From Desulfatitalea sp. (GTDB taxonomy: Bacteria; Desulfobacterota; Desulfobacteria; Desulfobacterales; Desulfosarcinaceae), in the NCBI GenBank assembly GCA_018224505.1, contig JAGTVD010000429.1:1-35094 (forward strand): a stretch of DNA of 35,094 bases, written 5' to 3'. Position numbers and translations under genes: made by a program. The notes below the pieces were generated by a model. It had not been told where the DNA came from. It made no database searches and saw only the letters and a list, made by a program, of their open reading frames with translations. Within the stretch, counting starts at the first letter, position 1. Every line of letters begins with the position of its first letter. Shown in pieces: positions 10,941 to 21,803 of this stretch.

Positions 10941-12819
10941 GATCCTCCCGTGGGGCCCGGGCCCGCAGGGCCACCATCAGAACGGATATGGCAGCCGGGG
11001 TAATGCCCGAAATGCGCGATGCCTGCCCGAGGGATGCCGGCCGCACGCGGGTCAACTTCTCCTTCAGTTCATTGGAGAGCCCATGGACCTTTGCGTAATC
11101 GAAATCCTCGGGCAGCCGGATCCGCTCCAGGTGCCGGAACTTTTCGATCTCGCTCAACTGGCGCCGGATGTAGCCTTCGTACTTGATCTCGATCTCCACT
11201 TGCCGGGAGACCGTTGGCGCCAGCAGCACCTGCGCAGGTGCCAGGCGGTCGACAACGTCGTAATCAAGCTCGGCCCGTCGCAGCAGTTGATCCAGGGGGA
11301 TGCCATGTTCGATGGTGGTTGTGTTCCTGGATTCCAAATAAGCATTGACCGTCGAGTGGGGTTTGATCACCGTCGTGCGCACACGATCAATCTCCACCGC
11401 GACCTGTTGCCGGCGATCGGCAGCGGCCCGGGCGACATCCTCCGACACCAGTCCCAACTCCCGGCCGATGGCCATCAACCGCATATCGGCATTGTCCTCC
11501 CGCAGCATCAACCGGTACTCGGCCCGGGAGGTGAACATGCGGTAGGGCTCGCGGGTGCCGCGGGTCACCAGATCATCGACCATGACCCCCATGTAGGCCT
11601 GGGAACGGTCCAGCACGAATGGGGGGCGTGCCTGGATCCGGCAGGCAGCGTTGATCCCGGCCCACAACCCCTGGGCGGCGGCTTCCTCGTAACCCGAGGT
11701 ACCATTGATCTGGCCGGCCAGATAGAGCCCCGCCACCGCCTTGGTCTCCAAGGTGGGCTTGAGCTGAATGGGGTCGACATAGTCGTACTCGATGGCATAG
11801 GCCGGGCGGATGATCTCGGCCGCCTCCAACCCCTTGACGGCCCGCACCACCTGCACCTGAATTTCCAGGGGCAGGCTGTTGCCCAGGCCGCTGGCATAGA
11901 TCTCGCCGGTGTCGATGCCCTCGGGCTCCAAAATGACCGGGTGGCTCTCTTTTTCGCTGAAACGCACCACCTTGTCCTCGAAGGACGGGCAATAGCGTGC
12001 CGGCACCCCTTTGATCACCCCCCCGTAAAGGGCCGACAGGTGCAAATGGTCGCGCACCAACTGATGGACCCGCTGATTGGTGCGGCCCATGTAGCTGGGC
12101 ATGGTCGGCAAGTCGCTGGCCGACCCGGAAAAGGAGAAGGGGCGCGGAGGCATATCGACCGCTTGGGGGGTGAAACAGGAATAGTCGATGGAGGCACGGT
12201 CCAACCGTGGCGGGGTGCCGGTTTTCATCCGGCCGAGGGACAACCCGATTTGCGCCAGGCTGGCAGCCAGGCCGTACGCAGCGAACTCACCGGCCCGGCC
12301 GGCCTGGATGGCGGTAAAGCCGATGTGCACCAGACCGCTGAGAAAGGTGCCGGTGGCCAGCACCACAGCCGCGGCCTGAAAGCCGAACCCGGTTTGATCC
12401 ACCACGCCACGGACCCGGCCCTGCTCGACCACCAGCCGCTCCACCAGGGCCTGTTTGACATCCAGGCGGGGCTGCTGTTCCAGCACCGCCTTCATGGCCA
12501 TGTGGTAGCGTTTTTTGTCGTTCTGGGTGCGCGACGACTGGACCGCCGGTCCCTTCTTGGTGTTGAGGGTTTTGTATTGAATGGCCGTGCGGTCGGTGAT
12601 CCTGGCCATCTCACCGCCCAGTGCGTCGATCTCGCGCACCAGTTGCCCCTTGGCCATCCCGCCGATGGAGGGGCTGCACGGCATGGCCGCCACCTTGTCC
12701 AGATCGATGGCCAGCAACAGCACCGCGCAGCCCATGCGCGCGGCGGCCAGGGCCGCTTCGCACCCGGCGTGCCCGGCGCCGACCACGATCAGATCGTATG
12801 TTTTGGCGTAAGTTCCCAT
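10924..12819 (-). CDS. mnmG: tRNA uridine-5-carboxymethylaminomethyl(34) synthesis enzyme MnmG (GidA)
   Basis: FAD motif [64 protein letters not shown]. Start taken at MGTYAK (12819); 12846 is an alternative. Confidence 0.96.
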   Translation of the reverse strand: MGTYAKTYDLIVVGAGHAGCEAALAAARMGCAVLLLAIDLDKVAAMPCSPSIGGMAKGQLVREIDALGGEMARITDRTAIQYKTLNTKKGPAVQSSRTQNDKKRYHMAMKAVLEQQPRLDVKQALVERLVVEQGRVRGVVDQTGFGFQAAAVVLATGTFLSGLVHIGFTAIQAGRAGEFAAYGLAASLAQIGLSLGRMKTGTPPRLDRASIDYSCFTPQAVDMPPRPFSFSGSASDLPTMPSYMGRTNQRVHQLVRDHLHLSALYGGVIKGVPARYCPSFEDKVVRFSEKESHPVILEPEGIDTGEIYASGLGNSLPLEIQVQVVRAVKGLEAAEIIRPAYAIEYDYVDPIQLKPTLETKAVAGLYLAGQINGTSGYEEAAAQGLWAGINAACRIQARPPFVLDRSQAYMGVMVDDLVTRGTREPYRMFTSRAEYRLMLREDNADMRLMAIGRELGLVSEDVARAAADRRQQVAVEIDRVRTTVIKPHSTVNAYLESRNTTTIEHGIPLDQLLRRAELDYDVVDRLAPAQVLLAPTVSRQVEIEIKYEGYIRRQLSEIEKFRHLERIRLPEDFDYAKVHGLSNELKEKLTRVRPASLGQASRISGITPAAISVLMVALRARAPREDHEHHL

Positions 12820-13207
12820 ATGTTCCAGTTGCCCAGCGGCATTCATTGATTATGCGCTGTCTTTTATATACCCATTACCGGGCAAAGTCGAGGCCGTGGG
12901 GTTTGGATTACAGGGCAATCGCAAATCCGCATTGACACGGTGCATGGTTTCTCGGTGATGATCGGATCGTTTCAGCACATCAGGAGGTGCTCCCGGCTGG
13001 GGGTATGGCGCTGCGCGAAAACCCTGGTTTGGATTCCTGCATACCATTGCCTGCAGATCATATCCGCAAATTAGTGTTGATCCCGCATTCAAGTTTCGTT
13101 AGGCTGTTCTCAGCCGTTACTGACTGCAACCGGTTCCCCTTGCCTTCGATGCATCGCGCCACAGTTTTTTCCCAATGCTTGCAAAGCCCAAAGAAAGGTA
13201 TCCCACC

Positions 13208-15682
13208 ATGTGCGCCACCAAAATCAACCGCAATGAAAAGCCGGAACCACCCGCGCCGACCCAAGGTTCCTTGAAAGAAGACATCCTGCACCACATCTGC
13301 TACACCCTGGGCAACGATCCCGAACGGCCCAGCAAATACAAGGTGTTCATGGGTCTGGCGTACAGTGTGCGGGACCGGCTCATCGAGCGCTGGATCAAGA
13401 CCCAGCGCGCCCTCTACGACACCCTGGCCAAACGGGTCTATTTTCTCTCCCTGGAGTTTCTGCCGGGTCGATTTCTGAAGAACTACCTGATCAGCCTGCG
13501 CATGGAGGAGGAGGCGCGCCAGACCCTTGCGGAGATGGGGTTCGACCTGGACGAACTCGAAGAGGAAGAGTGGGATGCCGGCTTGGGCAACGGCGGCTTG
13601 GGCCGCCTTGCATCGTGCTATATGGACTCCATTGCCTGTTGCGACCTGCCCGGCTACGGGTATGGGATCCATTATGACTACGGTATATTTCACCAGGTGA
13701 TCGATGACGGCTATCAGCGCGAGCAAGCCGACAATTGGATCCGCAACGGCAACCCGTGGGATATCAAACGGCGCAACTACCTGGTGCCGGTGCGATTCAA
13801 CGGCCGCACCGAAACCTATCGCGACGATTTCGGCCGGCTGCGCACACGGTGGGCCGACGCGGATGTGGTGATGGCCATGGCCTGCGACATCCTGGTGCCC
13901 GGCTACGGCGACGACTATGTCACCAACATGCGGTTGTGGGCCGCCCAATCCAGCCGGGAATTCAACCTGGAGACCTTCAACCAGGGCGATTACATCGGCG
14001 CCGTGGAAAGCAAGGTGATCAGCGAAAACATCTCCAAGGTGCTCTACCCCAGCGACGAAGGCATTTTCGGCAAGGAGCTGCGCCTCAAGCAGCAGTACTT
14101 TTTCGTGGCGGCCACCCTCAACGATATCCTGCGACGTTACCGCAAGATGCAGCGCGCCTTCGCCGATCTGCCCAATTTTGTCGCCATCCAGCTCAACGAC
14201 ACCCACCCCGCCATCGCCATCCCTGAATTGATGCGCCTCTTATTGGACGAGGAGGGGCTGGGTTGGGACGCGGCATGGGCCATCTGTGAAAAGACTTTCG
14301 CCTACACCAACCACACCATCCTGCCCGAAGCGCTGGAAACCTGGCCGGTGGAGCTGATGGGCCGGCTGCTGCCGCGCCACATGCAAATCATCTACGAAAT
14401 CAACCACCGCTTCCTCGAAGCGGTGCGCAGCCGGCATCCGGACGATCCGGGGCTGGCGGAACGGGTATCCCTGTTCGCCGAAGGGGAGACCAAGCATGTG
14501 CGCATGGCCCACCTGGCCATCGTGGGCAGTCACACGGTCAACGGTGTGGCCGCCCTGCACGGGGAAATCATCAAGCACCACCTGTTCAAGGATTTTCACC
14601 ACCTCTATCCCCATCGTATTCAACACGTCACAAATGGTATCACGCCGCGCCGATGGCTCAAACAGTCCAACCCCGCCCTGGCGGATTTGATCACATCGGC
14701 CATCGGACCGGACTGGATCGTTGATCTGTCGCAGATCAAAAAACTGGAACCCTTTGCCGACGATGCGGCTTTTTGCCAGCAGTGGGTGGCCACCAAACAG
14801 GATAACAAAAAACGTCTGGCCCGGTACATTCTACGCAAAATCGGCTTGGGGGTCGATCCCGACACGCTGTTCGACGTCCAGGTCAAGCGCATACATGAAT
14901 ACAAACGCCAACTGCTCAACGTGCTGCATGTGATCACCCTCTACAACCGCATCACGGACAGCCCGGACAAGCAGGTGATCCCCAGAACCGTCATTTTCGC
15001 CGGCAAGGCCGCACCCGCCTATCACCAGGCCAAATTGATCATCAAATTGATCAACTCGGTGTCCAGCGCGGTCAACAGCGACCCCCAAGTACGCGGCCGC
15101 CTGCGGGTGCTCTTTCTGCCTAACTACTGTGTCTCCCAGGCCGAAAAGGTCATTCCGGCCGCCGACCTGTCCGAACAGATCTCCACCGCCGGCATGGAAG
15201 CTTCGGGGACGGGCAACATGAAGATGTCCCTGAACGGCGCATTGACCATCGGCACCCTGGACGGGGCCAACGTTGAAATCATGGAGGCGGTGGGCAATAA
15301 GAACATTTTCATCTTCGGTCTGTCGTCCGAAGAAGTGGCCGACAAGCGCCGCAAAGGGTATGATCCCAATCACCACTACCGCAATGACCAGGAACTGAAA
15401 CGGGCCATCGATATGATCGCCGCGGGCCACTTTTCGCCCCAGCAGCCCGGCCTGTTCGCGCCTATCGTCCACAGTCTTCGAGAACAGGGAGACTTCTACA
15501 TGCTGTTGGCCGATTACCGGCCCTATGTCACCGCCCAGGATGCCGTGAACCGGCTGTTCGCCGACCAAGAGCAGTGGACCCGTCGATCCATTTTAAACAC
15601 CGCCCGCATGGGACACTTCTCCAGCGACCGATCAGTCATGGAATATGCCCGCAAGATATGGCATGTCCAACCGCTGGCCTAG
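13208..15682 (+). CDS. glgP: Glycogen/starch/alpha-glucan phosphorylase
   Basis: DAGLGNGGLGRLASC, ELRLKQQYFF, IQLNDTHP, VKRIHEYKRQLLN, PLP-lysine motif EASGTGNMKMSLNG. Start at MCATK (13208) follows AAAGG. Confidence 0.96.
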   Translation: MCATKINRNEKPEPPAPTQGSLKEDILHHICYTLGNDPERPSKYKVFMGLAYSVRDRLIERWIKTQRALYDTLAKRVYFLSLEFLPGRFLKNYLISLRMEEEARQTLAEMGFDLDELEEEEWDAGLGNGGLGRLASCYMDSIACCDLPGYGYGIHYDYGIFHQVIDDGYQREQADNWIRNGNPWDIKRRNYLVPVRFNGRTETYRDDFGRLRTRWADADVVMAMACDILVPGYGDDYVTNMRLWAAQSSREFNLETFNQGDYIGAVESKVISENISKVLYPSDEGIFGKELRLKQQYFFVAATLNDILRRYRKMQRAFADLPNFVAIQLNDTHPAIAIPELMRLLLDEEGLGWDAAWAICEKTFAYTNHTILPEALETWPVELMGRLLPRHMQIIYEINHRFLEAVRSRHPDDPGLAERVSLFAEGETKHVRMAHLAIVGSHTVNGVAALHGEIIKHHLFKDFHHLYPHRIQHVTNGITPRRWLKQSNPALADLITSAIGPDWIVDLSQIKKLEPFADDAAFCQQWVATKQDNKKRLARYILRKIGLGVDPDTLFDVQVKRIHEYKRQLLNVLHVITLYNRITDSPDKQVIPRTVIFAGKAAPAYHQAKLIIKLINSVSSAVNSDPQVRGRLRVLFLPNYCVSQAEKVIPAADLSEQISTAGMEASGTGNMKMSLNGALTIGTLDGANVEIMEAVGNKNIFIFGLSSEEVADKRRKGYDPNHHYRNDQELKRAIDMIAAGHFSPQQPGLFAPIVHSLREQGDFYMLLADYRPYVTAQDAVNRLFADQEQWTRRSILNTARMGHFSSDRSVMEYARKIWHVQPLA

Positions 15683-15745
15683 CTGTATCGGAGACACCGG
15701 CAGTCTTTCATCAATCGTTGCGACATAAAAATGGAGAAGGCACAC

Positions 15746-16999
15746 ATGACAGACCGGCCCACCACCGACGACGCCAATACCGTTGCCATTGCCCGGCAAC
15801 CCGTTTTCGATGCCAAGCGGCGTTTGTGGGGTTACGCGCTCTTTTGCGTGGGCCCCGCGGCGCGGCAGGCCCCGCCGGGCCAGGACACGGCGGATAACGT
15901 GGCGCTGCAAGTGGCCGCTGGCGCCTACATGGGCCTGGAACAGCTCCTGGACGGCAATCGAAAAATCCTGGTGCGCTTCAGCGAACGAAACATATTGGAT
16001 CAACTGCCATATGCACTACCGGCGCCACTGACCGTCGTGGCGGTTGAAGAAGCGGTTTTCGCGGAGACCGCCGTGCACCCGGCCCTGAACCAACTCAAAG
16101 CGGACGGCTATCTACTGGCCGTAACCAGCTATACCGCAGCCGATCAATGGGGTTCCTTCTACCGCATGGCCGACATTATCAGCATTGACGTGCGCCACCG
16201 CAGCCGGGGCCCACTATCGGAATTGGTGGCGGAGGCCGGTGCCCACGGCGCCACATTGATGGCCATGCAGGTGCAGGACTTCGCACGCTTCGACCTATGT
16301 ACGGAACTGGGTTTCGCCCTGTTTCACGGCCCTTTTTTCAAAACGCCCGAAACGGTTACGGTGCGCAAACTCGCCTCCAACGAGGCTTCCCGTTTTGCTT
16401 TGATGCGCGCCATCGAACAGGAGGAGGTTGATTTCGAACAGTTGGCGGAGACCATCCAGGCCGACGCCGCATTGAGCTTCCGCCTGCTGGCCTATCTCAA
16501 CTCGGCGGCCTTCGGGTTGCGCCAGAAGATCAAATCGATCCAGCAGGCTATCAGTCTGCTGGGATGGCGCAAGATGAAGAACTGGTTGCGGGTCGTGTTG
16601 CTCAACGACCTCAACCGTAGCCCGCATGCCCCCGACTTGATGCTGCTGGCGGCCCAGCGGGGCAAGTTTCTCGAACGAATCGGTCACGCCTACGACTTTT
16701 GGGGCTTTGACCCCGAAAATCTCCACATGCTGGGCATATTCTCCCTGCTCGATGCCATGCTGGGAATGCCCATGACAGAGATTGTCACCCATCTGCCCCT
16801 GGACGAAAAAGTGAAAGGCGCCCTGCGCGGCGAGGCCAACAACGAATACCAGCCCCTGTTGGAACTGGCTCGGTGCTTCGAGGAAAGCCGCTGGCCCGAC
16901 GCCGAAACCCTGCTGCAGCGGCTCAACATGGACAGCCCGACCATCCATCGCGCCTTCCAGGAAGCCGTCGAGTGGGCCGCCGCGTTTACCAACAGTTAA
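15746..16999 (+). CDS. EAL-like + HDOD domain signal-transduction protein (YuxH-like), EAL degenerate
   Basis: IARQPVFD start typical of the family; HDOD region DAALSFRLLAYLNSAAFG...IKSIQQAISLLG, GIFSLLDAML. Start at 15746 follows GGAGAAGG; 15731 is an alternative. Confidence 0.88.
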   Translation: MTDRPTTDDANTVAIARQPVFDAKRRLWGYALFCVGPAARQAPPGQDTADNVALQVAAGAYMGLEQLLDGNRKILVRFSERNILDQLPYALPAPLTVVAVEEAVFAETAVHPALNQLKADGYLLAVTSYTAADQWGSFYRMADIISIDVRHRSRGPLSELVAEAGAHGATLMAMQVQDFARFDLCTELGFALFHGPFFKTPETVTVRKLASNEASRFALMRAIEQEEVDFEQLAETIQADAALSFRLLAYLNSAAFGLRQKIKSIQQAISLLGWRKMKNWLRVVLLNDLNRSPHAPDLMLLAAQRGKFLERIGHAYDFWGFDPENLHMLGIFSLLDAMLGMPMTEIVTHLPLDEKVKGALRGEANNEYQPLLELARCFEESRWPDAETLLQRLNMDSPTIHRAFQEAVEWAAAFTNS

Positions 17000-18399
17000 A
17001 AATAGCTGCTGCCATCCCAGCAGTGGGTGCAGAGCCTCTCCCTGGGCAGCCCGATGGCCGCGACCATATCTTCCAGGCGCTGATATTTAAGGGTGGTCAG
17101 GCCAAGACGCCGGCGAATCTCCTCGATCATGGCCAGGTTTTTCGGCGCACCTGCCAGGGCGTACTGGTCCAGATCCTTGTCATCCACCCCTTCCAGTGCA
17201 TGGATGATCTTGCGCCCGGCCAGATCCAGGGTGGAACGGGATGTGGAAAAGTTGAGAAAGACGCACGGATGGATCAACGTGGGGCACGCCGGCCGCATGT
17301 GGACTTCAAGAGCGCCCCGGTCGAAGAGAACCTTGACGTGGTCCTTGAGCTGGGTGCCGCGGACAATGGAATCATCGCAGAACATCAGCCGCTGGCCTTC
17401 AATCAACCGTCGGACCGGTATCAGTTTCATGCGGGCCACCAGGTCTCGCATCTGCTGGTTCTGGGGCATGAAACTGCGCGGCCAAGTAGGCGTATATTTC
17501 ACAAAGGGGCGGCGGTAGGGAATTTTCAACTCATTGGCGTAGCCCAGGGCGTGTCCGATACCGGAATCGGGGATACCGGCCACCGAATCCACCGTCACAT
17601 CGTCGTTGCGGGCCAGGGCCGCGCCGCAATTGTAGCGCACGGTCTCCACGTTGATGCCTTCATATTCTGATGCCGGATAGCCGTAGTAGACCCACAGAAA
17701 AGCGCACACCTGCATGCGCTCGGCCGGGGCAACCCGCTGTTCCCAGCCATCGGGCGTAATCAAGACCACTTCACCAGGCCCGAGAAAATAGTCCACCTCG
17801 AAACCCAGGTTGGGAAGCGCGCTGGTCTCTGAAGTGACCGCCAAAGCGCCGTCACGACGACCGATGACCAGGGGTGTGCGGCCCAGACGATCCCGGGCGG
17901 CGAATATCCCCTGACGGGTCAGCAACAACATCGAGCAGGAGCCCTGGATGGCCCCTTGCGCGTTGCGGATGCCGTCTTCGAAACACTCCTCCTGGCAAAT
18001 CCGCATGGCCACCACCTCGGTCGGATTGGTGCGGCCGTCGGTGGTGTCGGAAAAGTAGCTTTTGTGCGCAAACGCGTCCCGGACCAGGTCCTCCATATTG
18101 TTGACCCGTCCGACGGTCACGATGCCGAAAACACCCAGATGGGAACCGATGATCAAGGGTTGGGGATCGGTGTCGCTGATGACGCCGATCCCCTGGGTGC
18201 CTTGAAACTTGTCCAGGTCCGACTCGAACTTGGTGCGAAAATAGCTGTTTTCGATATTGTGGATCGAACGGTGGATCCCATGGGAATTCCACACAGCCAA
18301 ACCGCCCCGCTTGGTTCCCAGATGGGAATGGTAATCGGTTCCATAATAGAGGTCGGTCACACAATCGGTTTCAGAAACAACGCCAAACAATCCACCCAT
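16996..18399 (-). CDS. purF: Amidophosphoribosyltransferase-like protein (Fe-S type) lacking the N-terminal catalytic Cys
   Basis: AARDRLGRTPL, CAFLWVYY, GIPDSG, PRPP motif DDSIVRGTQ, C-terminal LCTHCWDG; N-terminus is MGGLFG rather than (M)CGxxG. Confidence 0.9.
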   Translation of the reverse strand: MGGLFGVVSETDCVTDLYYGTDYHSHLGTKRGGLAVWNSHGIHRSIHNIENSYFRTKFESDLDKFQGTQGIGVISDTDPQPLIIGSHLGVFGIVTVGRVNNMEDLVRDAFAHKSYFSDTTDGRTNPTEVVAMRICQEECFEDGIRNAQGAIQGSCSMLLLTRQGIFAARDRLGRTPLVIGRRDGALAVTSETSALPNLGFEVDYFLGPGEVVLITPDGWEQRVAPAERMQVCAFLWVYYGYPASEYEGINVETVRYNCGAALARNDDVTVDSVAGIPDSGIGHALGYANELKIPYRRPFVKYTPTWPRSFMPQNQQMRDLVARMKLIPVRRLIEGQRLMFCDDSIVRGTQLKDHVKVLFDRGALEVHMRPACPTLIHPCVFLNFSTSRSTLDLAGRKIIHALEGVDDKDLDQYALAGAPKNLAMIEEIRRRLGLTTLKYQRLEDMVAAIGLPRERLCTHCWDGSSYF

Positions 18400-18416
18400 A
18401 CCGGAAATTCCAATCC

Positions 18417-21400
18417 TTAACTGATTTCACCGCCGGTGGCATCACTGCAAGTGCGGATCTCACCGTGGTAGCTTTGCAGGGAACGCACTTCGGGCTCCCT
18501 TTCCCGACGCGCCGCGATCCCCTTGGCCGCGGCCAGGGCCGCCGCCGTGGTAGTAATATAAGGGACCTTGTACCGGATCGCGATCCTGCGGATATTGGAA
18601 CTGTCCGCCGTGCCCTTTTTACCGCTGGGAGTATTGACCAGCAGTTGCACCTGACCGCTCTTGATGGCATCCACCAGGTTGGGACGACCCAGGTCCAGCT
18701 TGGAAACCGAAACGGTATCGATCCCCTTTTCCGCCAGATAGCGGTGGGTCCCTTCGGTGGCCATGAGGGTAAAACCCAGCTCCCGGAAGCGCCGCACCGC
18801 CTCCAAAGCGGCCGGTTTGTCCCGGTCGGCAATGGTGAACAGCACCGCGCCCTCCAGAGGCAGCGATGACTGGGCCGCCTCCTGGGATTTGAAAAAGGCC
18901 CGCCCGAACGAGTTGGCCAAACCCAGCACTTCGCCCGTGGAGCGCATCTCCGGCCCCAGCAGGGGGTCCACCTCGGGAAACATGTTGAAGGGAAAGACCG
19001 CCTCCTTGACACCGTAATAACCGATCTGGGTTTTACGCAAGTTGAGTTCCGCAACGGTTTTTCCCAGAACCACCTGGGTGGCCAGTCGGGCCATGGAAAG
19101 GCCGCACACCTTGGACACAATGGGCACCGTCCGCGATGCCCGGGGGTTGGCCTCCAGGACGTAAACGGTATCCTGGTAAACGGCATACTGGATATTCATC
19201 AGGCCCACCACCTTCAGTTCGATAGCGATGCGCCGGGTATACTCTTCGATGACCTCGATGTGCTTGGGCGCCAGGCTGATGGGAGGAATCACGCAGGCCG
19301 AATCGCCGGAATGAATGCCGGCCAACTCGATATGCTCCATCACCGCCGGCACAAAAGCGTCCTTGCCGTCCGCGATGGCATCGGCCTCGGCCTCGATGGC
19401 ATTGTCCAGAAACTTGTCGATGAGCACCGGCCGTTCGGGCGTCACTTCCTCCACCGCCACGGCCAGATAACTTTTGAGCATCTGGTCGTCATGCACGATC
19501 TCCATGCCGCGACCGCCCAGGACATAGGAAGGCCGCACCACCAGCGGATAGCCGATACGCTCGGCGACCTTCATCGCCTCCGCCTCACTGGCGGCCATTC
19601 CCGACTCGGGCTGGGGGATGCCCAGACGGCGCATGATCTGGGAAAAGCGGTCGCGATCTTCGGCCAGGTCGATGGTCTCCGGCGAGGTGCCCAGGATCCG
19701 GACCCCGGCTTCGGCCAGCTCCCGGGCGATATTGAGGGGCGTCTGGCCGCCGAATTGGGCGATGACCCCCGCGGGCTTCTCCTGCGCGTAGATGCTGAGT
19801 ACATCCTCCACGGTCAGCGGCTCGAAATAGAGCCGATCCGATGTGTCGTAGTCGGTGGAGACCGTTTCCGGATTGCAGTTGACCATGATCGATTCCAGCC
19901 CCGCCTCGCGGATGGCCAGGGCGGCATGCACGCAACAGTAGTCGAACTCGATCCCCTGGCCGATGCGGTTGGGACCGCCGCCGAGCACCATGATCTTGCG
20001 CCGTTCGCTGACCGTCACCTGGTTGGGAGCATTGTAGGTGGAGTAGTAGTAGGCGGCGTCCTCCACCCCGCTGACCGGCACCGGTTCCCAGGCCTGCGCC
20101 AGCCCCAGGGCGATGCGCCGCTCGCGGATCGTTCGCTCGGCAAGGCCCAGCAGCTTGGCCAGGTAACGGTCGGCGAACCCATCCTTTTTAGCCTGGAGCA
20201 GCAGATCATCCGGCAGGGTGCCCCCCTTGCAGGCGATAACGCGCTCCTCGAGGGCCACCAATTCCTGCATCTGCTCGAGGTGCCAGGCTTTCATATGGGT
20301 CAGGGCATGAATCTGTTCAACGGTGGCGCCCTTGCGCAACGCTTCATAAATCAGGAAAAAACGCTCGCTGGAAGGCACCGCCAAACGCTGCATCAGGGTT
20401 TCTAGGGGCAGGGTGTGAAAATTTTTGGCGAACCCAAGGCCATATCGGTTGATTTCCAGGCTGCGGATGGCCTTTTGCAGCGCCTCCTTGTAGTTCTTGC
20501 CGATGCTCATCACCTCGCCCACGGCACGCATCTGGGTGCCCAGACGATCCTCGATGCCGGCAAATTTCTCAAAGGCCCAGCGGGCGAATTTGACCACCAC
20601 ATAATCCCCCGAGGGGGTGTATTTCTCCAGGGTTCCGTCTCGCCAATAGGGAATCTCGTCCAGAGTCAGACCGCCGGCCAGCAGCGCCGATACCCGGGCG
20701 ATGGGAAAACCGGTGGCCTTGGAGGCCAAGGCCGATGAACGCGAGGTGCGCGGATTGATTTCGATCACCACCACCCGGTCGGTTTCGGGATCGTGAGCGA
20801 ACTGGACATTGGTGCCGCCGATTACCTCGATGGCCGCCACGATGGCATGGGCGTAATCCTGCAACCGCTGCTGCAAAGCCGGTGCGATGGTCAGCATGGG
20901 CGCCGTGCAGCAGCTGTCACCGGTGTGCACCCCCATGGGATCCACGTTTTCAATGAAGCAAACGGTGATCATCTGGTTCTTGGCATCGCGCACCACTTCC
21001 AGCTCCAGCTCCTCCCATCCCAGCACCGACTCTTCGACCAGCACCTGGTGAATCATGCTGGCCGCCAGGCCCCGCACCACCACCGTCCGCAGTTCCTCCA
21101 AGTTATACACCAACCCGCCGCCGGTGCCCCCCATGGTGTATGCCGGCCGGATCACCACAGGATAGCCGAGTTGCTCGGCCACCTTTTCAGCCGCCTCGAG
21201 GGTATTGACCGCCTCGCTGCGCGGCATTTCAATACCCAACCGTTCCATGGTGTTTTTGAACGCCGTGCGGTCCTCGCCGCGCTGGATGGCGTCCATGTTC
21301 ACACCGATCACCTGGACATCATATTTTTCCAGGATACCCTGCTGATAAAGCTCGGACGAAAGGTTCAAGCCCGTTTGTCCCCCCAGGTTGGGCAACAGGG

Positions 21401-21653
21401 CGTCGGGCCGCTCCACGGCAATGATCTTTTCAATGGTTTTGACATTGAGCGGTTCGATGTAGGTCACGTCCGCCGTGCCGGGATCGGTCATGATGGTGGC
21501 GGGATTGGAATTGACCAGCACGGTCTCATAACCCAAGGAACGCAGCGCCTTGCAGGCCTGGGTACCGGAATAGTCAAATTCGCAGGCCTGACCGATGATA
21601 ATGGGACCGGAACCGATAATCAGGATTTTGTGAATGTCATCTCGCTTGGGCAT
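18417..21653 (-). CDS. carB: Carbamoyl-phosphate synthase large subunit
   Basis: MPKR...GSGPIIIGQACEFDYSGTQACKAL, duplicated ATP-grasp halves (EINPRTSRSSALASKATG; GGGPNRIGQGIEFDYCCVH; EANPRASRTVP), C-terminal MGS-like domain. Confidence 0.97.
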   Translation of the reverse strand: MPKRDDIHKILIIGSGPIIIGQACEFDYSGTQACKALRSLGYETVLVNSNPATIMTDPGTADVTYIEPLNVKTIEKIIAVERPDALLPNLGGQTGLNLSSELYQQGILEKYDVQVIGVNMDAIQRGEDRTAFKNTMERLGIEMPRSEAVNTLEAAEKVAEQLGYPVVIRPAYTMGGTGGGLVYNLEELRTVVVRGLAASMIHQVLVEESVLGWEELELEVVRDAKNQMITVCFIENVDPMGVHTGDSCCTAPMLTIAPALQQRLQDYAHAIVAAIEVIGGTNVQFAHDPETDRVVVIEINPRTSRSSALASKATGFPIARVSALLAGGLTLDEIPYWRDGTLEKYTPSGDYVVVKFARWAFEKFAGIEDRLGTQMRAVGEVMSIGKNYKEALQKAIRSLEINRYGLGFAKNFHTLPLETLMQRLAVPSSERFFLIYEALRKGATVEQIHALTHMKAWHLEQMQELVALEERVIACKGGTLPDDLLLQAKKDGFADRYLAKLLGLAERTIRERRIALGLAQAWEPVPVSGVEDAAYYYSTYNAPNQVTVSERRKIMVLGGGPNRIGQGIEFDYCCVHAALAIREAGLESIMVNCNPETVSTDYDTSDRLYFEPLTVEDVLSIYAQEKPAGVIAQFGGQTPLNIARELAEAGVRILGTSPETIDLAEDRDRFSQIMRRLGIPQPESGMAASEAEAMKVAERIGYPLVVRPSYVLGGRGMEIVHDDQMLKSYLAVAVEEVTPERPVLIDKFLDNAIEAEADAIADGKDAFVPAVMEHIELAGIHSGDSACVIPPISLAPKHIEVIEEYTRRIAIELKVVGLMNIQYAVYQDTVYVLEANPRASRTVPIVSKVCGLSMARLATQVVLGKTVAELNLRKTQIGYYGVKEAVFPFNMFPEVDPLLGPEMRSTGEVLGLANSFGRAFFKSQEAAQSSLPLEGAVLFTIADRDKPAALEAVRRFRELGFTLMATEGTHRYLAEKGIDTVSVSKLDLGRPNLVDAIKSGQVQLLVNTPSGKKGTADSSNIRRIAIRYKVPYITTTAAALAAAKGIAARREREPEVRSLQSYHGEIRTCSDATGGEIS

Positions 21654-21803
21654 GCATGCTCCTTCGTTGTGAAATGAATCAGCGTTCTCGAACCACCCCT
21701 GGTAATTTAACCAGCGCCGAAAATCAAGGTATAATCGAGTCGTGCTTGACCCCCTTCCGAAAAATCCTTATTAATACGCAGACATTGCCAATTCGCTTAA
21801 AGG

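Noticed and set aside
9412-12849. 1145-aa plus-strand ORF
   Set aside because: Antisense shadow of mnmG/fetA/fetB; H/Q/G/R-rich composition typical of reverse frames in GC-rich DNA; no motifs.
19260-21677. Long plus-strand ORFs (381 and 294 aa) inside carB, and similar antisense ORFs over glgP, lysA, parE and the zinc-ribbon gene
   Set aside because: They fully overlap well-supported genes on the opposite strand and show no recognisable domains.
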